Assembly: GCA_031362565.1 (NCBI GenBank)
Contig: JANLSU010000125.1
Coordinates: 1-32,318, forward strand
Length of the DNA: 32,318 bases
DNA from: a bacterium
Lineage (GTDB): Bacteria; Krumholzibacteriota; Krumholzibacteriia; G020349025
Reading direction: 5' to 3'
Below are positions 19,204 through 26,556 of the stretch, piece by piece (positions within the stretch are counted from its first letter, which is position 1; every line of letters begins with the position of its first letter). The notes below the pieces were generated by a model. It did not search any database, had not been told where the DNA came from, and saw only the letters and a list, made by a program, of their open reading frames with translations. Position numbers and translations under genes: made by a program.

Positions 19204-19271
19204 GCCGATGCCTCCGAAGGGCGCCCGGTTCCCACAACCCTGTGGGCAGGGGGCCTGCCCGCCGTGGAATC

Positions 19272-19287
19272 AGCAAGGATCGTGCTT
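19272..19287 (-). promoter_or_regulatory. Degenerate sigma54-like box upstream of the TPR gene pair
   Basis: Minus strand AAGCACG-ATCC-TTGCT: -12 element and CACG are perfect, but the -24 GG reads AG. Confidence 0.35.
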
Positions 19288-19383
19288 CCGGCTACAACTT
19301 CGCCGCGGGCCGGTGTGCGCGTCAGGACTCGATGCCGGCGGGATTGTGCGGAAATCCCGGGCGGCGTGCTGTAGCGTGGCGTC

Positions 19384-19842
19384 ATGAGCCGCAACGCTGT
19401 CGACGCGCTACTGGAAGAATGGGATCGCGCCAGGCTGGAGATCGTGGCGCTTCTGCCGCGCATTCCGGCTGCGGAGTTCAGCGGCGGCGACCCGCTGGAC
19501 GAGCAACATACGCGCGGCATTCTCGTGCATGTGTTGCGCGCCGGCTACGGCTACGCGGCGTGGGTGTGTGATGCGCTGCGATTCCCGCCGCCCGAGCGCC
19601 GCATGGATCCCAAAGCGTTGGATGGACGCGACGCATTCACGGCCGGGTTTGCGGATCTACAGCGCTTCTTCTTTGCCGCGCTTGGGCCGCTCCAGGACAC
19701 CCATCTCGAGCCCCCACAGGGACAACTGGCACCGCAGTTCCGCTCGCGTTGGGGCGAAAACTTCACCGTCGAACAAATGCTCGAGCACGCCGTCTGTCAC
19801 AACCTGCGCCACCGCCGCCAACTCGCCCGCCGATTGGCGTGA
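19384..19842 (+). CDS. DinB/YfiT-like family protein
   Basis: ILVHVL, and EQMLEHAVCHNLRHRRQL His motif. Confidence 0.8.
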   Translation: MSRNAVDALLEEWDRARLEIVALLPRIPAAEFSGGDPLDEQHTRGILVHVLRAGYGYAAWVCDALRFPPPERRMDPKALDGRDAFTAGFADLQRFFFAALGPLQDTHLEPPQGQLAPQFRSRWGENFTVEQMLEHAVCHNLRHRRQLARRLA

Positions 19843-19855
19843 GCCGCTCGGTGCC

Positions 19856-21016
19856 CTATCCCAGACGATCCACCGCCTGCTGCATCGCGGTGCGATAGAT
19901 GGGTTGCGGATTCAGCGCGTGTTCGCGCACACAGGCTTCGGTGAACTTGATCGCGTGCTCGTCACCGGTCGCGATGGCGCGATCGATGAGTTCGTCGCGC
20001 GAGGCGTTCGGGTCGGCGGGTGGCTGCGTCAACGTTCGGCCACCGCTTGCCGCGTAGAGCGCGGCGGCGCCTTGCCACGCGTAACGCAGCAGAGTGCGCT
20101 GCGCTTCCAGCGGCAGAGACGGGAGAAGCAACCGGATCGCGCTCGGGCCCGTGACCGTGTGAATGTAGGTGATCACACTGCCGGGTGGCACGCTAGCGCA
20201 ATACACGCCCGCAAACGCTGCGGTCAAATCCGAGAGAAAAAGTGACGCATCTCCCGAAACATCCACCTCGTCGGTAACTGCCGCAAAGGCTGGAAAGCTT
20301 GCGAGCGGCCGCAACCGGTGCGTGATGTTGCCGCCGGTAATGCGTTGATCGGCGGGGAGCGTCGCGACGCGGGCGATCGCTTGGGAAGGCAGCGCACGAA
20401 CGGCGTTGCGATGCGGCTCGTCCGGCAGCGTCTCGTAGGTCGCGGCCCAGTAGCCCAAACCCTCGGCAAACTCCCGGCGCCGCGCCGGCGTGTCTTGCAG
20501 GCCGAGGCTCCGCACCGCGTGCGCGGTGCGGATGACGCCGTGAAATGCCGCGGCGATGACGCCCGGGGCGAGCCGTGGCGCCCACTCGGCGAGAACCGCG
20601 GTCCAGGGCTGCGCTTCACAGGCGCGCTCGAAGTAGGCGATCCAATCCGTGACGCGCGATGGGTCGCCGAGTGCTTCACGCCATTCTTGCGGATCGATGC
20701 GGCGCGTCGAGCGCGGATGCGGTTGGAGCCGGCTCTTGTAAGACTCGACCCACGGCACGACCGCATCGGCGCGGCCGAGCGCCACGAGCGCTTCCGCCGC
20801 CATCGGCCCGTGATTCGAGAGTCCACCCGCATACTCGGGTCCCGTGGACGCGAGAAGCGCGAGTGCATCTTCCATGGCTTCCGCACCGCGCATCGCATCG
20901 CCTCGAGAGGTGTCCTGCGGCACGGTTGGTGCAGCGGCGACGCGGTGTGCGAGTCCCGCCGCCGAAGCAGCCGCGGCGATCACGCGAAGAAACTGGCGCC
21001 GCGAATGAGCCTTCAT
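19856..21016 (-). CDS. Questin-oxidase-like (DUF4243) family protein with Tat signal
   Basis: SRRQFL twin-Arg motif; GLSNHGPMAAEAL, AAFHGVIRTAHA, IHTVTG and GDEHAIKFTEAC motifs. Confidence 0.82.
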   Translation of the reverse strand: MKAHSRRQFLRVIAAAASAAGLAHRVAAAPTVPQDTSRGDAMRGAEAMEDALALLASTGPEYAGGLSNHGPMAAEALVALGRADAVVPWVESYKSRLQPHPRSTRRIDPQEWREALGDPSRVTDWIAYFERACEAQPWTAVLAEWAPRLAPGVIAAAFHGVIRTAHAVRSLGLQDTPARRREFAEGLGYWAATYETLPDEPHRNAVRALPSQAIARVATLPADQRITGGNITHRLRPLASFPAFAAVTDEVDVSGDASLFLSDLTAAFAGVYCASVPPGSVITYIHTVTGPSAIRLLLPSLPLEAQRTLLRYAWQGAAALYAASGGRTLTQPPADPNASRDELIDRAIATGDEHAIKFTEACVREHALNPQPIYRTAMQQAVDRLG

Positions 21017-21031
21017 CTTCGCCGCCGCGGG

Positions 21032-21229
21032 TTAGGGCCGGCGCGCAGCGCCGCGCCGCACAATCGCGTACAAGAGAAACGGTACTCCGACAGCCAGCGC
21101 GACATGCCCCCAGTCCACCGTGCCCGAGCGACGGTACGCTGTCCACTCGTTGATGAACGCAACCACGCTGCCAAGAACCCCCAGCCCGACAGCCAACCAC
21201 CCACTGCGAGTGAGACGACCATTTCCCAT
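21032..21229 (-). CDS. Small two-TM membrane protein (65 aa)
   Basis: AAGGAGG RBS; MGNGRLTRSGWLAVGLGVLG...GVPFLLYAIVRR. Confidence 0.65.
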   Translation of the reverse strand: MGNGRLTRSGWLAVGLGVLGSVVAFINEWTAYRRSGTVDWGHVALAVGVPFLLYAIVRRGAARRP

Positions 21230-21253
21230 GCGCCATCCTCCTTCAAGCACTTG

Positions 21254-21466
21254 CTAGACGGCAGACTGCGGGATCAGCTTGCGAGCACGCACCGGCCGGC
21301 CGGTGGCCGGCAGCCCCCGCCAGGTCCCCGCTTGCGTGCCGCTGATCACGCTCACCCCAAGGCGCGTCGTCGTACTGCGCCTCGCCTCCAAAAGTCTCCA
21401 TGATGCCGGCCAGTTCATGCGCGTTCTCACGACGCACATGCTCCTCGACGATCCACAGGCGGGCTG
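21254..21466 (-). pseudogene. SnoaL-like ester cyclase remnant with internal deletion
   Basis: One frame reads ARLWIVEEHVRRENAHELAGIMETFGGEAQYDDAPWGE; a different frame then reads VISGTQAGTWRGLPATGRPVR. No start codon and the middle is missing. Confidence 0.65.
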
Positions 21467-21673
21467 CATTTCAAAGTCGAAGATGTCCGGTGCCATTCGC
21501 AGGTGGTGCGTCAACCACGGCCCGGTTGGCGTGATGCCCTGGGCCGCGATCGCGGCCATCAACTCGCCGAGCCCGGGTTCCATGACATGCCGGATTTCGG
21601 CGCGCGGAATCGTCAGCCGGATCATCGCGGTCGTCTGCGCGGTCGTCTGTGTGATCTGTGGCTTGTCGAGCAT
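21467..21673 (-). pseudogene. GyrI-like effector-binding protein, N-terminal fragment only
   Basis: MLDKPQITQT..IRLTIPRAEIRHVMEPGLGELMAAIAAQG..PTGPWLTHHLRMAPDIFDFE, then runs into unrelated SnoaL sequence. Confidence 0.7.
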
Positions 21674-21792
21674 CAGAAGTCGTCCCCTTTTGGTCGGCTT
21701 CGTTCAAGAATGCCAGATGTCGAACGCCATGTCATGTACTCGCAGGCCGAGGGCCCATCAACCATGCCCGGCGCGAAACCGCCCGCGACGTT

Positions 21793-22008
21793 TTACTCCC
21801 GAGCGGAGCGCTTGCGCCTGGAGAAGGCGAGCGCCAGCAAACCAAGCGCGGCACCAGGCAAGCCAATCGCCCACGCGCCCGCGAGCGCGAGGAGGAGGCC
21901 GCCGCCCAGCACTAACAAGATTCGAGTTCGTCGCAGGGCACCGAACCCGGCGAGTGCGAGGCCAACGAGAGCGAGGACCCCGAACACAACAACCGTTACG
22001 TCACCCAC
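21793..22008 (-). CDS. Small hydrophobic membrane protein (71 aa)
   Basis: AAGGAA RBS and GTG start; Leu/Gly/Ala-rich TM segments with a basic C-terminal tail. Confidence 0.6.
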   Translation of the reverse strand: MGDVTVVVFGVLALVGLALAGFGALRRTRILLVLGGGLLLALAGAWAIGLPGAALGLLALAFSRRKRSARE

Positions 22009-22046
22009 GAGTTCCTTCCTTGCCCTTCGAGAACGAACCCAAGGGA

Positions 22047-22568
22047 TCAGGCAACGACCAAGTACTCGCTCTGCACGAGGCCGCTCGGATAGGACCGCGT
22101 GGCCACGTGTTCAAAGCGAATATCGCGCAACAGAGGCCCGAACAAGGGGATCCCACTACCGAGCAGCACCGGGATGCGGGTGATGATCACGCGCTGGATG
22201 AGACCGGCAGCCAGGAAGCGCTGGATGGTCACTCCGCCGTCGATGTAGAGGTGCTTCATCCCGCGTTGACCGAGCAGCGCGACGACCTCTTGTGGGGTGC
22301 CCGTCATCGCATCGCAGACGGCGCCGGCGGGCGCCACCACCGTCGCTGGCCTCGAACTCAGGACAACCACGGGCTTCTCAAACGGCCAAACGCCGAACGT
22401 CAGCACGGTGTCGAAGGTCTTCCGGCCCATGACGACGGCATCGACGGTGGCCATGAACTCGGTGTAACCGTGGGGCTCGCCGCCGTCTGCCGGCAGCCAG
22501 TCGAGCGCGCCATCTCGCCGCGCAATGAACCCGTCGAGACTTGTCGCGATGAATACCGATGCCTTCAT
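22047..22568 (-). CDS. Dihydrofolate reductase-like (RibD C-terminal domain) protein
   Basis: MKASVFIATSLDGFIAR, VMGRKTF, LYIDGG, IPVLLGSGIPLFG, GLVQSEY. Confidence 0.9.
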   Translation of the reverse strand: MKASVFIATSLDGFIARRDGALDWLPADGGEPHGYTEFMATVDAVVMGRKTFDTVLTFGVWPFEKPVVVLSSRPATVVAPAGAVCDAMTGTPQEVVALLGQRGMKHLYIDGGVTIQRFLAAGLIQRVIITRIPVLLGSGIPLFGPLLRDIRFEHVATRSYPSGLVQSEYLVVA

Positions 22569-22625
22569 ATCCCCCCGAACATTTGTCGCCATGGAACGAC
22601 CCGCGTGCAGCGGTCCGCAATACCG

Positions 22626-22961
22626 CTAACGATGACCGCCGCGGCCGAGGAATTCGATGATCCCGCGCGTTTCGGGCGTAAAGCCCAAAAGTTCTTCCGC
22701 CTTCAAGAGACCCAGCGCCTGGATCGCACCGAGCTGCTCGATCATCGTCGAGCGTCGGGGATCGTTGAACGTCCGTGCCAGCGTGCCGTCGCGGTCCTTC
22801 AACAAGCGGTGCACGACGACATAGCGCTCATGATTGCTCTGCGAAGCATCGAGCAGAACGCGCCGAACCTCATCCAGAACGCCCTCGCAGAACCGGTCAA
22901 GAGCCGTCGCGCGAAGTTCCCTGAATAGCGTCCAATCGGACTCCGGGACGCTTCGGTTCAT
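22626..22961 (-). CDS. Hypothetical protein (111 aa)
   Basis: AAGGAG RBS; ESDWTLFRELR..ALDRFC..HERY..F.DPRRS pattern resembles a widespread small hypothetical family (from memory). Confidence 0.75.
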   Translation of the reverse strand: MNRSVPESDWTLFRELRATALDRFCEGVLDEVRRVLLDASQSNHERYVVVHRLLKDRDGTLARTFNDPRRSTMIEQLGAIQALGLLKAEELLGFTPETRGIIEFLGRGGHR

Positions 22962-23015
22962 TTCTCCTTGCCTCCCCGGCCGAATTAGATGCGGAAGGGC
23001 GAGTCATGTGCGGAA

Positions 23016-23044
23016 AGTCTACTCCCCCCGCGATGATGGTCCAA
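23016..23044 (-). promoter_or_regulatory. Candidate sigma70 promoter for the leftward small-gene run
   Basis: Minus strand TTGGAC-N17-TAGACT. Confidence 0.4.
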
Positions 23045-23161
23045 GATGGCGAGATCGATCGCCGCAAGCGCCCCCCTAGACCAGGCTGCCCAACGATTCC
23101 CCGGCCGCGACAATCGTGGGGAAATGAGACGCCCCCCTTGGGCCCGCTCCGGCCCGGGTTG

Positions 23162-23190
23162 TTGACAGGCTTAACATTTGCAAGTAACTT
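23162..23190 (+). promoter_or_regulatory. Strong sigma70 promoter upstream of the small RNA and NYN gene
   Basis: TTGACA (23162-23167), N17 AT-rich spacer, TAACTT (23185-23190). Confidence 0.8.
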
Positions 23191-23196
23191 TGGGAT

Positions 23197-23258
23197 GTAT
23201 CACCCCTCTTGCTTCGGCGGGAGGGCGCGGGGCCGCCGAAAGGCGGCCTCTGCTTTTT
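23197..23258 (+). ncRNA. Candidate ~60-nt small RNA: C(UUCG)G hairpin plus GAAA-tetraloop terminator hairpin
   Basis: CCCTCTTGC-TTCG-GCGGGAGGG (23204-23225) and GGGGCCGCC-GAAA-GGCGGCCTC (23229-23250), then TTTTT (23254-23258). G-U pairs and tetraloops fit the + strand. Confidence 0.6.
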
Positions 23259-23285
23259 CCCCGGGGCTCGGATACACTTGCCTCC

Positions 23286-23908
23286 ATGCGTACAAACGTC
23301 TACGTCGACGCTTTCAATCTCTCTACGGCGCACTCAAACAGACGCCGTACCGGTGGCTCGATCTTCGGCACCTCTGCACTCTGCTGCTGCCGGGACACAC
23401 AATCGGTCGCATCCGGTATTTCACCGCGCAAGTCCATGAGAGACCAGACAAGCCTGGCACCAACGTGCGCCAGCAAGTGTACCTGCGCGCTTTAAGGACA
23501 ATCCCCAACCTGACGATCCACCTCGGCTTCTACCAAACGCACCCCGTCGTGATGCGTGACGCGCTGCCCTCGGGCGCTGCCGGTAAGCCGGTAAGAGTAC
23601 TCAAGACCGAAGAAAAAGGTTCGGACCTGAACTTGGCAACCTACCTGTTGGTCGATGGATTCCGCGGCGAATACGAGACGGCGGTCGTCGTCTCGAACGA
23701 CTCAGATCTGTGTGAGCCAATCCGGATTGTCCGCCACGAACTCAACAAAGCCGTCGGAGTTCTCAACCCGCATCCCCATCCGAGTCGCGCCCTCCTTCGC
23801 CACGTCACGTTCCTCAAACAGATTCGACGGGGTGTACTCGCCCAGAGCCAATTCCCGCCGACGATCACAGACGGACGCGGAACATTTCACAAACCTCCAG
23901 TGTGGTAG
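23286..23908 (+). pseudogene. NYN domain (LabA/DUF88, PIN-fold) ribonuclease with a frameshift after codon 12
   Basis: MRTNVYVDAFNL, frame change at about 23322 in a TCTCTCT run, then YGALKQTPYRWLDL..IRYFTA..EEKGSDLNLATYLLVD..VVVSNDSDL. The 623-nt span is not a multiple of 3. Confidence 0.82.
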
Positions 23909-23943
23909 TCGCGGAGTTGTCCGACTCTCGCAGACTGGCAAAG

Positions 23944-23999
23944 GACAGGTTTTCGGCTCGTCGGTCCCGCTCTGTTTCGCCCAGCAGACAGGTTTTCGG
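23944..23999 (+). repeat. 13-bp direct repeat GACAGGTTTTCGG x2 plus a partial third copy
   Basis: Copies at 23944-23956 and 23987-23999; GACAGGT again at 23999-24005. Confidence 0.7.
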
Positions 24000-24082
24000 A
24001 CAGGTGCTTCCGCTTCAGCGCCGACGCGCCCTCCGCTGGCGCGCGGGCCCCGCGGCGCGAGCCTTCTATTTCCGCTTGATGC

Positions 24083-24111
24083 TTGCTCGCCCGGCAAGGC
24101 AGTGATACGCT
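24083..24111 (+). promoter_or_regulatory. Candidate sigma70 promoter with extended -10
   Basis: TTGCTC-N17-TACGCT, preceded by TGn. Confidence 0.35.
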
Positions 24112-24186
24112 CCGAGCGTCAGACCTTCCTGATGACTAAACGTGGCGCTCCCCTGCCGCGCGCGGACGGCAGCGCGGGAGGTAATT

Positions 24187-26322
24187 ATGCGGACTCGCCT
24201 CGCCTTCTTCTTAACGGTGACCCTCGCCGGGCCGGTCCACGCCCAATGTCCCGTATCCTCCGGGACCTGGACAGGCCAGGTGGGGCAGCAGCACGTCGCG
24301 TTCCGGGTCACGAGCAGCGGAATGGTCGTCGACTCGGTGGCGGTTTCGTTAGTTGGCGTCTGCTTGCAATCGCAGTACAGCGCGACCGACAAGACCCCGG
24401 TCGTCCCGCTGCAGTGCAGCCCCTGGGGATTCGAATGGTTTCATTGCCGCCCCGACCCGCCGTCGAACAAGGGGTTCCGACTCGCGGTTCAGTTCGACGC
24501 GTTCGCCCATGGGACGGCCTCGATCGAATTCCTGAGCATGGGGTGCAGCACCTCGAACTCGACGTGCACGGTCGCTGATTTTGTTGACGTAACCCCCGTC
24601 GCGCCCGAACCGCCACCACACCCAGTGATCACCTGCCAATACTCGGGTGCGGGCACGATCCAGTACGGCGTATCCAACGGGGGCTCCGGCGTTCACTTCG
24701 ATGTCGACGCGGCTCGTTTCGGACCGATCTCCATCGACGCGACACCCCTCGACCTGACCGGGGCCGCGGACACGGCGTCGTTTCCGGTGAGCTGCACAGC
24801 TGCGGGGCGAACCGCGGTGACGCTGGCGGTGCATTCGAATGGGGCGCTCGTCGACGTTTCCGAACTGTGTTTCGAGTGCGGTGGCGCAGGACAGACGCCC
24901 GTCGAGGTTTCGTGCTCGGCCGGAGGGCCATCGAAATCGATTCAATGGCAGCAAACGTACCCCGGCCCCAGCCGTTGGGGAGGGACCACGGTGTGCCAGA
25001 CCGCGGATGGCGGCTTTGCTCTCGCGGGAGACGGGGACGGGGGGACGACGTTCAGCCTCATCAGGACGAAACCCGAGGGCGACGTTCTGTGGGAACGAAC
25101 CTACAGCATTGCCGGCCACACCTTGTGGTTCAGGGACATGGAACCGACGGGAGACGGAGGGTTCGTGCTCGCCGGTCGGATCAGTGCGCCCGGAGAGTCG
25201 GGCGACGCCTTTCTGATGAAAGTAGACGCCGCCGGGGACACCACTTGGACGCGGTCCTACGGCAATGCCTCGACCCCCGAGATCGCGCGTGCCGTCTCCC
25301 TGACATCCGATGGTGGATATATCTTGGCCGGCAACGTGAGTTTCGGTTCCCCCGCCTACGACGATCTCTTCTACGTGAAGACGGATGCTTCGGGATTCGC
25401 CCAATGGACGCGCAGCCACGACGCAGGAGACCTCGAAGTCGCGCACGACGTTCTGCAAACCCGCGATGGAGGATATGTTCTCGCCGGCTATACGACGGGC
25501 GTCGGAGCGGGTGGATACGATGCCTACCTCGTGAAGACAGACGCCGCCGGAACCGTCCTGTGGCAGAGAACCTATGGCGGCGCTCTAGGTGATTGGGCGC
25601 GGTCGGTTCAAGAGACCTCGGATGGTGGACTCGTGCTCGCCGGTGCAACGGGGGCCTTCGGTTCCGGCGCGTGGGACTTCTTCCTGGTCCGAACAAAGTC
25701 CGACGGTACAGAGCTGTGGGCTACCAACTACGGGGGATCGGCTGACGACGAGGACGCAACGGTCGTGCGCGAGGCTGCGAACGGCGGGTACATGCTCGCC
25801 GGAACGAGGGCAACCTTCATCCAACCGAATGTGTACGAGTTGAGCACGTACGTCGTCTTTACCTCGGTGACCGGCGACACCATTTGGACAGAGACATTCA
25901 ATGACCCCGCTGCCGGCGACGACATCGACATCGCGCTCACGAGCGATGGGGGCGCGGTCGTTCTGATGCCGGTCCAACTGGGCCCCGGGTCCACTGGTGT
26001 CGTGCTCGTCAAGCACGGCCCCTCCGTCCCCACCGCGGTCACGGAAGGCCCACCTGGCGCCGCACGCATCGCTCTGTCGGCGTTCCCGAACCCATTCAAC
26101 CCCAGCACGACAATCGTGTTCAGGGGTGCGGATCCGGCACGACCGCGGCTGACGATCCACGACGCAGCCGGCCGGCTCGTGCGCGTGCTGGGTCCCGGAA
26201 TCCGGATTCCCAGCGGGCGGATGTGGACATTCGACGCCCGCGGCGTGCCCTCGGGCATCTACACGGCCTCTGTGAACGCCGACCGCGGCAAGATCTCGCG
26301 CAAGCTCGTCCTCGTCAAATAA
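24187..26322 (+). CDS. Secreted protein: Cys-rich N-terminal region, beta-propeller repeats, T9SS/FlgD-like C-terminal sorting domain
   Basis: GGAGGT RBS; signal peptide ending PVHA; repeats W.RTYGG....A.SV..TSDGG.VLAG; C-terminal AFPNPFNPSTTI..IHDAAGRLVRVL..PSGIY..RKLVLVK. Confidence 0.85.
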   Translation: MRTRLAFFLTVTLAGPVHAQCPVSSGTWTGQVGQQHVAFRVTSSGMVVDSVAVSLVGVCLQSQYSATDKTPVVPLQCSPWGFEWFHCRPDPPSNKGFRLAVQFDAFAHGTASIEFLSMGCSTSNSTCTVADFVDVTPVAPEPPPHPVITCQYSGAGTIQYGVSNGGSGVHFDVDAARFGPISIDATPLDLTGAADTASFPVSCTAAGRTAVTLAVHSNGALVDVSELCFECGGAGQTPVEVSCSAGGPSKSIQWQQTYPGPSRWGGTTVCQTADGGFALAGDGDGGTTFSLIRTKPEGDVLWERTYSIAGHTLWFRDMEPTGDGGFVLAGRISAPGESGDAFLMKVDAAGDTTWTRSYGNASTPEIARAVSLTSDGGYILAGNVSFGSPAYDDLFYVKTDASGFAQWTRSHDAGDLEVAHDVLQTRDGGYVLAGYTTGVGAGGYDAYLVKTDAAGTVLWQRTYGGALGDWARSVQETSDGGLVLAGATGAFGSGAWDFFLVRTKSDGTELWATNYGGSADDEDATVVREAANGGYMLAGTRATFIQPNVYELSTYVVFTSVTGDTIWTETFNDPAAGDDIDIALTSDGGAVVLMPVQLGPGSTGVVLVKHGPSVPTAVTEGPPGAARIALSAFPNPFNPSTTIVFRGADPARPRLTIHDAAGRLVRVLGPGIRIPSGRMWTFDARGVPSGIYTASVNADRGKISRKLVLVK

Positions 26323-26397
26323 ACCCGAGCTCGGCTCCGGCGTGCGGACACCGCGCGCTTCTTAAACGCTTCGGAGTCGGCCCGTCAGTGCCTCCCT

Positions 26398-26426
26398 TGG
26401 ACGCCACGCCCTGCCTGTGCTACTCT
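26398..26426 (+). promoter_or_regulatory. Candidate promoter for tRNA-tilS
   Basis: TGGACG-N17-TACTCT with TGn extended -10. Confidence 0.45.
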
Positions 26427-26454
26427 GCGCAACTCATAGAGTTACGACCAAGGT

Positions 26455-26530
26455 GGCGGCGTAGCTCAGATGGCAGAGCAGCGGATTCATAAGCCGCGGG
26501 TCCGGGGTTCGATTCCCTGCGCCGCCACCA
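26455..26530 (+). tRNA. tRNA with CAU anticodon, most likely elongator tRNA-Met
   Basis: 76 nt; GGCGGCG/CGCCGCC acceptor stem, TAGCTCAG D arm, CAT at 26488-26490, GGTTCGATTCC T arm, encoded CCA. G1-C72 is paired, so not an initiator. Confidence 0.93.
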
Positions 26531-26556
26531 ATTTTCCTCTCCGGCGCGAGCGCTTC

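Noticed and set aside
21013..21246. Alternative 77-aa minus-strand ORF overlapping the questin-oxidase start
   Set aside because: The overlapping frame 21032-21229 has a properly spaced AAGGAGG RBS and a clearer two-TM pattern.
21000..26530. Genomic island integrated at the tRNA
   Set aside because: The accessory genes lie 5' of the tRNA; I saw no duplicated tRNA 3' end and no integrase.
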